Shown: positions 37,198-44,685, counted from the first letter of the stretch. The stretch is 64,000 bases of DNA from Devosia sp. 66-14 (GCF_001899085.1 NZ_MKVB01000006.1:1073492-1137491), one strand, 5' to 3'. Notes: a model not told the origin generated them from the letters alone. Program-made: numbers and translations.

Positions 37198-37779
37198 TCA
37201 TTGCGGCTCGACCGGCGCCTGCCAGAACGGGCCGCGCATCCACTGGTCGCGGAACAGCTCGAAGTTGACGAAGTCGATAATCTCGCCGGTCACCGGGTTC
37301 TGCTTATGGCGATGCCAGGTGCCGACATGGTCGAAGCCCAGACGGCGATAGCTGAAGATCGACGCGGCGTTGCGGGAATCGACCACCCCATAGAAGCGCT
37401 CGACGCCGCAATGGGCAAAGAAGTGGTTCAGCAGGCGGGCTCGCACCTCGACCACAACGTTCCTGCCCCACCAGGTGCGGTCATGCACGGCGACGGTGCC
37501 GAAGGCCGAGCGATAGCCTTGCAGCCGCACCATATGCGCGCCGATGGGCACCTGCTCACCCTTGGGGATGATGGCAAAAGCGAAACGGTTGCGAGTGCGC
37601 GGCAGCGGCCCGCGCAGCAGCCAGTGCCCAAGCGAGCGAGGCTTGGACGTCTGCATCAGGCCGGTGAGAATCTCCGGATCGTGGCGCCAGCTATTGGTGA
37701 CGCGCACGGCCTCGATCAGCCCCATGGGCTTGAGGATGAAGCGTTCGGTTTCAAGCGGACCGACGACCAGCTTGCTCAT
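37198..37779 (-). CDS. RimJ/RimL-type GNAT N-acyltransferase (last gene of the RiPP operon)
   Basis: 'LETERFILKP', 'WWGRNV', 'NAASIFSYRRLGF'. ATGA overlap with the upstream ligase. Confidence 0.8.
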   Translation of the reverse strand: MSKLVVGPLETERFILKPMGLIEAVRVTNSWRHDPEILTGLMQTSKPRSLGHWLLRGPLPRTRNRFAFAIIPKGEQVPIGAHMVRLQGYRSAFGTVAVHDRTWWGRNVVVEVRARLLNHFFAHCGVERFYGVVDSRNAASIFSYRRLGFDHVGTWHRHKQNPVTGEIIDFVNFELFRDQWMRGPFWQAPVEPQ

Positions 37780-39173
37780 TGCCGTTCGACCATGGCGCGG
37801 ACATCGGCGCGCACGATCTTGCCGCGATCATTGCGCGGGATCGCCGCCACCGCGAACAGCCTCGAGGGCACGGCCTCGTCGCGCACACGGGCCCGGCACC
37901 AGGCCTTCAACGCCTCGGGATCGAACGATGCTCCGTCAGCGAGGACGATTGCCGCGGCCACGGCCTCGCCGGCAATGGCATCCGGAATGCCGAAGGCACA
38001 GGCCTCGGCGATCGCCTCATGCCGCTCGAGCAGCATGTCGATCTCCTCGGCCTGGATCTTGATGCCGCCGCGGTTGATCTCGGATTTGCTGCGGCCGACG
38101 AGGATGAGGTTGCCGGCCTGGTCCAGCTCGCCGATGTCGCCGGTGCGGAACCAGCCATCGACGAACGCGGCCTCGTCGAGGTCGGGGCGTTGCCAGTAAC
38201 CCAGCATCATCGAGGGGCTTTGCACCAGCACCTCGCCGCGTCCCGCGGCATCGGCGGCGATGGCGACGTTGCCGCCCCAGAGCCGGCCGACATAGCCGTC
38301 GCGCGCCTCGGCCTCGTCGAGACTGCCGCCGGCGATCCAGTTGGCGGTTTCGGTCATGCCGAACATGTTGAACACCTGGCGCGTGCCGCACCACTCGGCG
38401 ATGGCGCGCCAGTGTTCGATGGAGAGCGGGGCCGAGCCGACATGGACGCGCTCCAGCACCGGGCCGGGACGCGCCGAGACGCGCAGCGCCAGCTTCCAGA
38501 ATGACGGCACCGAACTCATGAAGCTGATGCGGTTGGCCGTCAGATAGCCGGCGAGGCCGGCGAGTTCGCCGAGCGCCGGACTCGGCCACAGGTGTACCCG
38601 TCCACCGGCCAGCAGCGGGGTCAGGACGTTGCCGATCAGCCCATGGCCAAAGAACACCGGCAGCACGCAGAGGCTTTCGCGCAGGGTATGGGGGCCGATC
38701 TCGGCGCTGTTCAAAGCGGCGCGGGCAAGCAGGCTGCGCACCGAATGGACGATGCCCTTGGGCCTCCCGGTGGTGCCGGAGGTCATCAGGATAAGAGCCG
38801 GATCATCGAGGCGCAGCGGCCTCGGCTCCCCCTGCTCCGGAGCGCCGCTGGCCGGCCGCTGCGGGCCGAGCCAGATCGAGGCACCGGTGGCCTGCAGCAC
38901 GTTCTCGCACTCTTCAGACCTGAGGCCGGGATTGACCGCGACAGCGACGAGGCCGACCTCCCAGCAGGCGAAGATGGCAACGAGATAGTCGACAGGATTG
39001 GGCTCGGCCACCACCGCCCGGGCGCCTGGCCTTAGGCCGCGGCCCGTCAGTTCGGCGGCCTTGTCGCCCACCCGCCGGCGGATGCCTTCCGCGCTCAGCG
39101 CCGCGCCGCCCCTCACATCGACCAGGGTCGCGGCTGCAGGAAGCATGGCAGTGAACGAGAGGTTCCGGATCAT
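37776..39173 (-). CDS. AMP-dependent synthetase/ligase (ANL) in the RiPP operon
   Basis: 'ILMTSGTTGRPKG', 'FGMTET', 'WFRTGDIG', 'INRGGIKI', 'PRNDRGK'. ATGA overlaps at both ends. Confidence 0.9.
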   Translation of the reverse strand: MIRNLSFTAMLPAAATLVDVRGGAALSAEGIRRRVGDKAAELTGRGLRPGARAVVAEPNPVDYLVAIFACWEVGLVAVAVNPGLRSEECENVLQATGASIWLGPQRPASGAPEQGEPRPLRLDDPALILMTSGTTGRPKGIVHSVRSLLARAALNSAEIGPHTLRESLCVLPVFFGHGLIGNVLTPLLAGGRVHLWPSPALGELAGLAGYLTANRISFMSSVPSFWKLALRVSARPGPVLERVHVGSAPLSIEHWRAIAEWCGTRQVFNMFGMTETANWIAGGSLDEAEARDGYVGRLWGGNVAIAADAAGRGEVLVQSPSMMLGYWQRPDLDEAAFVDGWFRTGDIGELDQAGNLILVGRSKSEINRGGIKIQAEEIDMLLERHEAIAEACAFGIPDAIAGEAVAAAIVLADGASFDPEALKAWCRARVRDEAVPSRLFAVAAIPRNDRGKIVRADVRAMVERQ

Positions 39174-40144
39174 CCAGCGCCTCGCGGGACGATGCGCTGC
39201 AGGCCACGGAAGGTGTGGCGGCGGACCTTGGAGAAGAACGCCGTGGGGGCGGCGAGCACCGCGGCGCCATCGACCAGCCGGGTTGCAAAGCCGCTGGCAC
39301 TGCCGCCGTCGATACGACCGCCGGCGGCATGGGCGGCGGGAGCGTCGAACAGTTCGGCGATCAATTCGAGGCAGAGGCGCGCCTCGAGCCCGAGGCCCAG
39401 CCGGCGCGCCATCTCCGGCAACAGGGCGACTTCATCGGGCGAGAGGTGGCGCCAGGCCTGCAGCACGTCGACCAGCAGCCGAAGCTGGTGGAACTTGTGA
39501 CCCAGTGCGGCATGGACCACGGCGACGAAGAACTGCGGCAGGCCGGCGCTCGCGTCACCCCGGCCGCTGGCCATGAACTCGGCATAGCCGAAGCTGATGC
39601 GCCGGCGCAGGCCCTGGTAGTGCACCAGGTTGCCATGCACCTCGATCAGCAGTGCATCCATGTCGGGCTGGATCCACTTTTCTTCCTGGTTCTGTTCGGT
39701 GTGGTCGAGCAGCGGTTTCAGGAACAGCCGATAGCCGAGCCCGGTCAGCAGGTCGCCGATCGGGGCGCGGGCCGAGGGCGCCACCATGATGTCGATATCG
39801 GTGAAGGGTCGATCCGACGGTGCCGGATAGATCTGCCGGGCAAAGACCGGGCCCTTGACGATCACCGCCTCGAGGCCGTTCTCGGCGATATGGCGGTCGA
39901 CCTTGGCGGCGATGCCGCGCAGGTGCATCGACAGGCCGACCAGCAGGGTCAGCTCGCCCTGCGCCTCCCGAAGCGCGGCAGTGCTGTGCTGGGGAGCGAG
40001 CTTGCGCGTCACGACGGGCAGCACATTGTGGTCACGCGCCAGCTGCAGCAGTGGGTCGACCAGTTCCGCCGGGACGGTGGCGGCCGGCGCCTCAGGGTCG
40101 GCCAGGGTGCACACCAGCGTGTCGAGCCGGGCGATCATCATCAT
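39170..40144 (-). CDS. Nucleotidyltransferase of the type found in RiPP/lasso clusters (PF14907-like)
   Basis: 'IVKGPVFARQIYP..SDRPFTDIDIMV', 'IEVHGNL', 'HAALGHKF..LRLLVDV'. Confidence 0.8.
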   Translation of the reverse strand: MMMIARLDTLVCTLADPEAPAATVPAELVDPLLQLARDHNVLPVVTRKLAPQHSTAALREAQGELTLLVGLSMHLRGIAAKVDRHIAENGLEAVIVKGPVFARQIYPAPSDRPFTDIDIMVAPSARAPIGDLLTGLGYRLFLKPLLDHTEQNQEEKWIQPDMDALLIEVHGNLVHYQGLRRRISFGYAEFMASGRGDASAGLPQFFVAVVHAALGHKFHQLRLLVDVLQAWRHLSPDEVALLPEMARRLGLGLEARLCLELIAELFDAPAAHAAGGRIDGGSASGFATRLVDGAAVLAAPTAFFSKVRRHTFRGLQRIVPRGAG

Positions 40145-41136
40145 GCAACGATCTTTTCGATGTTGAGCGCCGCCAGCATGACCGGTGTGAGGTCGGTCGG
40201 ATCGGACCCGGCGGACAGCCGATAGGCGGGCACGGCTCGCACCAGGTCACCGAGCCGCCTGAACAGTTCGCGCTCGCCCTTGGGCACACCGACCCTGGTG
40301 GAACGCACGTTGTCGGCGGCGGCGAGGGCAAGCACCTCGGCCTTGCTGGTCGGCTCGCAGCGGCTCGTCGTCTCGCCGCTGCGCTCCAGCACGAGAACCG
40401 CCGCGATCTCGCGCGCGGCGATGCTCTCGACGCTGACCGTGGTCCTCAGCGCCGCGAGGGTCACCGGCCGCTCGTCCTCGGCGCTCCACTCGCCACTCAG
40501 CAGCGGTTTCACCCAGGGCAGCATTTCGGCGGTGCGGCGATGCACCTTGAGGTTTCGCGGCATGCCCCAGGCGGTCGGCCGGTCAGCGCCGACATTGCAG
40601 GCCATGGCATCGTCGGAGCAGAGACCCAGGCCCCCGGCGGCCAGCGCCAGGGTCGAAGTGGTCTTGCCGGCGCCACTGCGGCCGAAGATCAGCGCCACGC
40701 GACCATCAGGCAGGGTCAGCCCGGCGGCGTGGACGAGAAACTGGTTCGCGGCCAGCAGCGCCGCCTGCAAGGCAAGCTGCCCGCAGGTCATGACGATCCG
40801 CTCCTCGGCCCCCGGGGCGACGATGATGGTCGCCTCGCGCGCCGTATCGGACAGGGTGAGCGAAATGACGCCCGGAAACGCCAGGACGCGTTCCTGCGGT
40901 GCCTGCCAGAAGCAGGCCTCGCCCTCGTCGAGGATCGGCCCCTGATACAATGGGTCGGTGCCCTGCGGCATCGCCAGCGGCTCGCCCGAGGTGATGGTGA
41001 GTCCGAAGGCCAGCGGAGCGGTCGGCAGGGGGCGCGAGCGGCCGGCGAAGATACGGCCGAAGAAATCCACCAGCACCGGCTGTATGGCGGTGACCCGCAG
41101 CGAGGCGCCCTGCAGGTCGAAGAACTTCTGGATCAA
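40141..41136 (-). CDS. HPr-kinase-like P-loop kinase (RiPP Ser kinase type)
   Basis: 'VHAAGL...ALIFGRSGAGKTT...LCSDD', the HprK-like His, P-loop and DD signature. Confidence 0.82.
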   Translation of the reverse strand: MIQKFFDLQGASLRVTAIQPVLVDFFGRIFAGRSRPLPTAPLAFGLTITSGEPLAMPQGTDPLYQGPILDEGEACFWQAPQERVLAFPGVISLTLSDTAREATIIVAPGAEERIVMTCGQLALQAALLAANQFLVHAAGLTLPDGRVALIFGRSGAGKTTSTLALAAGGLGLCSDDAMACNVGADRPTAWGMPRNLKVHRRTAEMLPWVKPLLSGEWSAEDERPVTLAALRTTVSVESIAAREIAAVLVLERSGETTSRCEPTSKAEVLALAAADNVRSTRVGVPKGERELFRRLGDLVRAVPAYRLSAGSDPTDLTPVMLAALNIEKIVA

Positions 41137-41606
41137 ACTCTGGCTCCGTGCGGGTCCGCCGGCCCGACCGCCGGGGCGGCGTGCACATGAATCTGCACCT
41201 GGCCGGGGATGCGGGCATTGATGACTTCAACGCCGTCCAGCGTCACCCAGCAATGCGCTGAAAGGCTCGGCCGGCCGATGGATTTGGGGTCGACGGAAAA
41301 ATGCAGGCGTGGCTCGTAGCCGCAACGACGCAAGGCGGCGAAGCCGACCAATCCGCTGCGCAGGCACCGATTGTTGCGCATCAGGATGGGCCAGCGCGCC
41401 GCACGCCGTACCGAGCGGGCGATGTAGGAGACCGGAAAGCGCGGCCAGCTATGGGGCGGCACCGCCGAGACGTCGCTCAGTATCTGGGAGAACTCGCGGC
41501 CTGCGATACGTGCCGGAAGCGTTCGCGCCGCGATCCACAGCCGTAAACGAAATGCCAGCCGATCGAGGGACCCGGCGCCGGCCTGTTCTGCCGGCTCACG
41601 CGGCAT
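41133..41606 (-). CDS. Lasso-type B2 leader peptidase (transglutaminase-like)
   Basis: Catalytic 'RCLRSG' Cys and 'SAHCWV' His. ATG 41606 overlaps the PqqD 3' end. Confidence 0.85.
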   Translation of the reverse strand: MPREPAEQAGAGSLDRLAFRLRLWIAARTLPARIAGREFSQILSDVSAVPPHSWPRFPVSYIARSVRRAARWPILMRNNRCLRSGLVGFAALRRCGYEPRLHFSVDPKSIGRPSLSAHCWVTLDGVEVINARIPGQVQIHVHAAPAVGPADPHGARV

Positions 41607-41865
41607 GCACGATGATGCCTTCAGCAACCAGCCCGGCGATCAGTTCCGGCAGGTCGTCGGCCAGCGTGGCGGCGTCGACCTCGAACTCATCGGCCATGCG
41701 ATGCGCCACGGCTTCGACGTTGCGGACGCCGTCGAGATGCTTGAGGAAACAGAGCGAGGTGTCGTTGCACGAATAGAGCTGCCCGCTGCCAAGCAGGAGG
41801 ATGACAGCGCCCTCCCCCACCGGTTCGAACGAAACTTCGTCGCCGAGGCGGTACACTGCATCCAT
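41596..41865 (-). CDS. PqqD-family RiPP recognition element (B1/RRE)
   Basis: 89 aa. 'GEGAVILLLGSGQLYSCNDTS...LDG...VAHRMADEFEV...DDL..LIAGLVAEGII'. Confidence 0.88.
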   Translation of the reverse strand: MDAVYRLGDEVSFEPVGEGAVILLLGSGQLYSCNDTSLCFLKHLDGVRNVEAVAHRMADEFEVDAATLADDLPELIAGLVAEGIIVHAA

Positions 41866-41896
41866 TCACGCACCAGAAATTCAAGACAAACAGGGT

Positions 41897-41918
41897 CGGG
41901 GCCGGAGAGCCGGCCCCG
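41897..41918 (-). terminator. GC hairpin between the last precursor and the RRE gene (attenuator or mRNA stabiliser)
   Basis: 9-bp stem CGGGGCCGG-agag-CCGGCCCCG starting 5 nt after the precursor stop, followed by 'ctgtttgtctt' on the minus strand. Confidence 0.6.
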
Positions 41919-41923
41919 CGCAA

Positions 41924-42013
41924 TCACACCGGCGGAGTTTTGCTCGTCGCAGCAGAAATCGCTGCAAGCTTCTGCTCTTTGACGATGGTCGGCTTGGCGT
42001 AGACCTTCTTCAC
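41924..42013 (-). CDS. RiPP precursor A6, MKKVYAKPTIVKEQKLAAISA-ATSKTPPV (29 aa)
   Basis: Manually translated. GTG start 7 nt after AGGAGG, TGA at 41924-41926, YxKPxI leader. Confidence 0.88.
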   Translation of the reverse strand: MKKVYAKPTIVKEQKLAAISAATSKTPPV

Positions 42014-42149
42014 GTTCAGTCCTCCTGCAATCTGCCCCAATGCAGATTTCTGGCAGCCTATCACGATCCGGCCGCGAACTCACACCCGAACGAAAGAGCC
42101 CCGCCCCCGCGTACCGATGCGGTCGTTACGCGACGAGACGGCGCCGCAA

Positions 42150-42233
42150 TCAGAACGGCTTGCTGCTCACAGCGGTGATCGCCACGAGTTTCTGGTCCTT
42201 GACCAGCGTCGGCTTGCTGTAGTGCTTCTTCAT
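42150..42233 (-). CDS. RiPP precursor A5, MKKHYSKPTLVKDQKLVAITA-VSSKPF (27 aa)
   Basis: Manually translated. Purine-rich RBS (GGGGATGAAG) and conserved leader. Confidence 0.88.
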   Translation of the reverse strand: MKKHYSKPTLVKDQKLVAITAVSSKPF

Positions 42234-42297
42234 CTTCATCCCCAAATCGCCCAGATCGGACCGACTCGAGCCGGTCCAATTCGCCACATCCACCAGA

Positions 42298-42393
42298 CTA
42301 TTGTTGGGGCATTTTGCTGGAAACCGGCACAGCCGTAATGGCAGCCAGTTTCTGCTCTTTGACCAGAGCCGGCTTCGTGTACGTCTTCTTCAT
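42298..42393 (-). CDS. RiPP precursor A4, MKKTYTKPALVKEQKLAAITA-VPVSSKMPQQ (31 aa)
   Basis: Manually translated. GGGGGA RBS, TAG at 42298-42300. Confidence 0.88.
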   Translation of the reverse strand: MKKTYTKPALVKEQKLAAITAVPVSSKMPQQ

Positions 42394-42513
42394 GGTTATC
42401 CCCCAACCTACACGCTCACGGTGCAGATCTTCAGACTAGCAGAAGTTGCGCCCGTCCGGACAATCACTTCTTTGCTGTCATCGACAAGGGATCGGCGACC
42501 CCGAGTCTTATCG

Positions 42514-42600
42514 TCAGCCAGCCGGTTTGCTGACAACAGCAGTGATAACCGCGAGCTTCTGGTTCTTGACCAGCGTCGGTTTCGTGTAGGTCTTCTTCAT
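42514..42600 (-). CDS. RiPP precursor A3, MKKTYTKPTLVKNQKLAVITA-VVSKPAG (28 aa)
   Basis: Manually translated. GAGAGGGA RBS and conserved leader. Confidence 0.88.
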   Translation of the reverse strand: MKKTYTKPTLVKNQKLAVITAVVSKPAG

Positions 42601-42650
42601 CTGCATCCCTCTCAAGACGGCCTATCGGGTCCGGATGACACCGGACGCGA

Positions 42651-42746
42651 TCACGGAGGCGGAGCTTTGCTCGAAATCGGAGCTGCTGTGATGGAGGTCA
42701 GCTTCTGCTCTTTGACAAGAGCCGGCTTGGAATAGGTCTTTTTCAT
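42651..42746 (-). CDS. RiPP precursor A2, MKKTYSKPALVKEQKLTSITA-APISSKAPPP (31 aa)
   Basis: Manually translated. AGGGA RBS and conserved leader. Confidence 0.88.
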   Translation of the reverse strand: MKKTYSKPALVKEQKLTSITAAPISSKAPPP

Positions 42747-42874
42747 CATCATTCCCTATGCGCGCCCCCAAGGCGCGACGACGGCAGAGTAACAGAACCG
42801 ATGCAGATCGGAAAACCCGGTTGTCTTGCTGTCACCAGGAAAAGGAGACCGGAGCGATGCCCCGGCCCCTCAGG

Positions 42875-42964
42875 TCACGTCACCTTGCTGGAAATCGGCT
42901 CGGCGGTGATCGAGGTGAGCTTCTGCTCTTTGACAAGCACAGGCTTGGTATAGGTCTTTTTCAT
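42875..42964 (-). CDS. RiPP precursor A1, MKKTYTKPVLVKEQKLTSITA-EPISSKVT (29 aa)
   Basis: Manually translated. GGGA RBS and conserved leader. Confidence 0.88.
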   Translation of the reverse strand: MKKTYTKPVLVKEQKLTSITAEPISSKVT

Positions 42965-43046
42965 AGTATGTCCCAAAAATTCCCCTGCACAACCAGCAGG
43001 GTAGCAGGGAAACTACCTGAGTCGGCCGACCCCGCAACCGCTCCGT

Positions 43047-43271
43047 CTAGATTTTGCGGTACAGCATGACCCGCTGGGCGAGTCCCCTGCCCTCGAAGCG
43101 CGTCACCTCGGCCACCAGGTTGACCGGACGCCCATCGAGCGCCAGCGGCGCGTCGGTCAGCCGGCGCGCCGCCGCAATCGGTTCGGGCGCTTCGACCGTC
43201 TGCGGCAGGCTGACGCTGGGGGGCTTGGCTCGATAGTCGTAGAGCGTGACGGTGTATCGGGGCATCGGCAT
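43047..43271 (-). CDS. Small hypothetical protein (about 72-76 aa) upstream of the precursor array
   Basis: 3' part of track ORF 43047..43790, 'MPMPRYTVTLYDYR...VMLYRKI', with high GC3 codon usage. Start could be 43265, 43271 or 43277. Confidence 0.5.
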   Translation of the reverse strand: MPMPRYTVTLYDYRAKPPSVSLPQTVEAPEPIAAARRLTDAPLALDGRPVNLVAEVTRFEGRGLAQRVMLYRKI

Positions 43272-43457
43272 TCTCATCGGCTGCTGTGCGGTCGCGACGA
43301 GCGACCATAGCCTCCGGCAGCTGACAGGTTGCTGAACCCCGCGCGTCCTCACGCACCTTGCGAAGAATTCACCCACCTTACCAAGCCCTAATGCGACTTC
43401 TTGATCTCGGCGCTCTACTTTAGGTGCGATGGGTATTTGGGCTTTGCAGGTGCGGCG

Positions 43458-44681
43458 ATGAAGCGGTGGTTGAAGTGGATTGTCCTGGTGGTCCTGCTCG
43501 GCGCAGCCGGCGCGGGCTGGCTGGTGTTCAGCGCCCCCGCCAAGGATGAGGTGCCGCGCACGACGCCGGTGGCCCGCGGCAATGTCGAAGAAACCGTCCT
43601 CGCCTCGGGCGTGATCCAGGCCAGTTCGCTGGTCAGCGTCGGCGCCGAGGTCTCGGGCCGGATCAAGACGCTCAATGTCGCCCTGGGCGACGACGTGAAG
43701 GCCGGCGACGTGATCGCCGAGATCGACTCGCTGAACCAGGAGAACGCGGTGAAGGCGGCGCAGGCGGCGCTCGCCAACACCGAGGCGCAAAAGACCATCC
43801 AGACCGCCAATCTGGGCCAGGCGAGAACCGCGCTGGACCGGGCGGAAAAGCTCAGCCCGCAGAAACTGATCTCAGATGCCGACCTGCAGACGGCCCAGTT
43901 GGCGGTGCAGACCGCCGAAGGACAGCTGCAGGCGATCGACGCGCAGATCCAGCAGGGGCAGATCAACGTCGAGGCGGCGCAGCTCAATCTCGATCGCACC
44001 AAGATTGTCGCGCCGTCGGACGGCACGGTCGTGGCGGTGTCGGTGGAAGTCGGCCAGTCGGTCAATGCCAACAATTCCTCGCCGACCATCGTCAAGCTCG
44101 CCAACCTCGACAAGATGGTGGTGAAGGCGGAAATCTCGGAGGCCGACGTGCCGCGGGTGGAGCCCGGGCAGCAGGTCTATTTCACCATCCTCGGCGATCC
44201 CGACACGCGCATCAATGCGACCCTGCGGGCGGTCGAGCCGGCGCCGGATTCGATCGCCTCGGACGACACGTCGTCGAGCTCGTCGGCCACCGCGGTCTAT
44301 TACAACGGCCTGTTCGACGTCGATAATCCCGGCCACAAGCTGCGCATCTCGATGACCGCACAGGTGACGATCGTGCTCAAGTCGGTCGACGACGTGCTGA
44401 CCGTGCCCGCCTCGGTGCTGGGCCGGAAGGGTCGCGACGGCAACTACCTCGTGCAGGTCTGGGACCAGCAGAAGGGCGCGGTCGAGCCCAGGAAGGTCAG
44501 TGTCGGGCTCAACAACAACGTGACGGCCGAGGTGCTGGACGGGCTCAGCGAAGGCGACCTGGTGGTCAACGGCACCGCCGCCGCGCCGGCAGCCCGTACC
44601 GGCAACGCGCAAGGCGGCGGCAACCGGAACATCCTCACCGGCGGCGGACCGCCGGTCGGAGGGTTCGGGCGCGGAGGCTGA
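43458..44681 (+). CDS. macA: MacA-family periplasmic adaptor subunit
   Basis: N-terminal TM, 'VSVGAEVSGRIKTL', 'TKIVAPSDGTV', 'KAEISEADV', 'LRISMTAQV'. Confidence 0.9.
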   Translation: MKRWLKWIVLVVLLGAAGAGWLVFSAPAKDEVPRTTPVARGNVEETVLASGVIQASSLVSVGAEVSGRIKTLNVALGDDVKAGDVIAEIDSLNQENAVKAAQAALANTEAQKTIQTANLGQARTALDRAEKLSPQKLISDADLQTAQLAVQTAEGQLQAIDAQIQQGQINVEAAQLNLDRTKIVAPSDGTVVAVSVEVGQSVNANNSSPTIVKLANLDKMVVKAEISEADVPRVEPGQQVYFTILGDPDTRINATLRAVEPAPDSIASDDTSSSSSATAVYYNGLFDVDNPGHKLRISMTAQVTIVLKSVDDVLTVPASVLGRKGRDGNYLVQVWDQQKGAVEPRKVSVGLNNNVTAEVLDGLSEGDLVVNGTAAAPAARTGNAQGGGNRNILTGGGPPVGGFGRGG

Positions 44682-44685
44682 GGCC

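Noticed and set aside
41924-42964. CRISPR array or DNA tandem repeat (recurring 'cttctgctctttgac...ggctt...cttcttcat' units)
   Set aside because: The units are degenerate mainly at third codon positions, irregularly spaced, and each translates as an RBS-led ORF. No cas genes are present. They are peptide genes.
41133-42964. Conventional lasso peptide cluster
   Set aside because: No asparagine-synthetase-like cyclase is in the window, and the cores are 6-10 aa without Asp/Glu at positions 7-9. A cyclase elsewhere in the genome could not be excluded, but these cores could not be threaded.
42040-43069. Plus-strand track ORFs 42040..42222, 42117..42338, 42301..42735 and 42758..43069
   Set aside because: These are antisense shadows of the precursor genes. 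Their repeated 'LLFDQ/LVLDQ' text is the reverse complement of the leader codons.
43272-43790. 5' portion of the 247-aa minus-strand ORF 43047..43790
   Set aside because: It is antisense to macA and its promoter region. Only the last ~73 codons look like a real gene.
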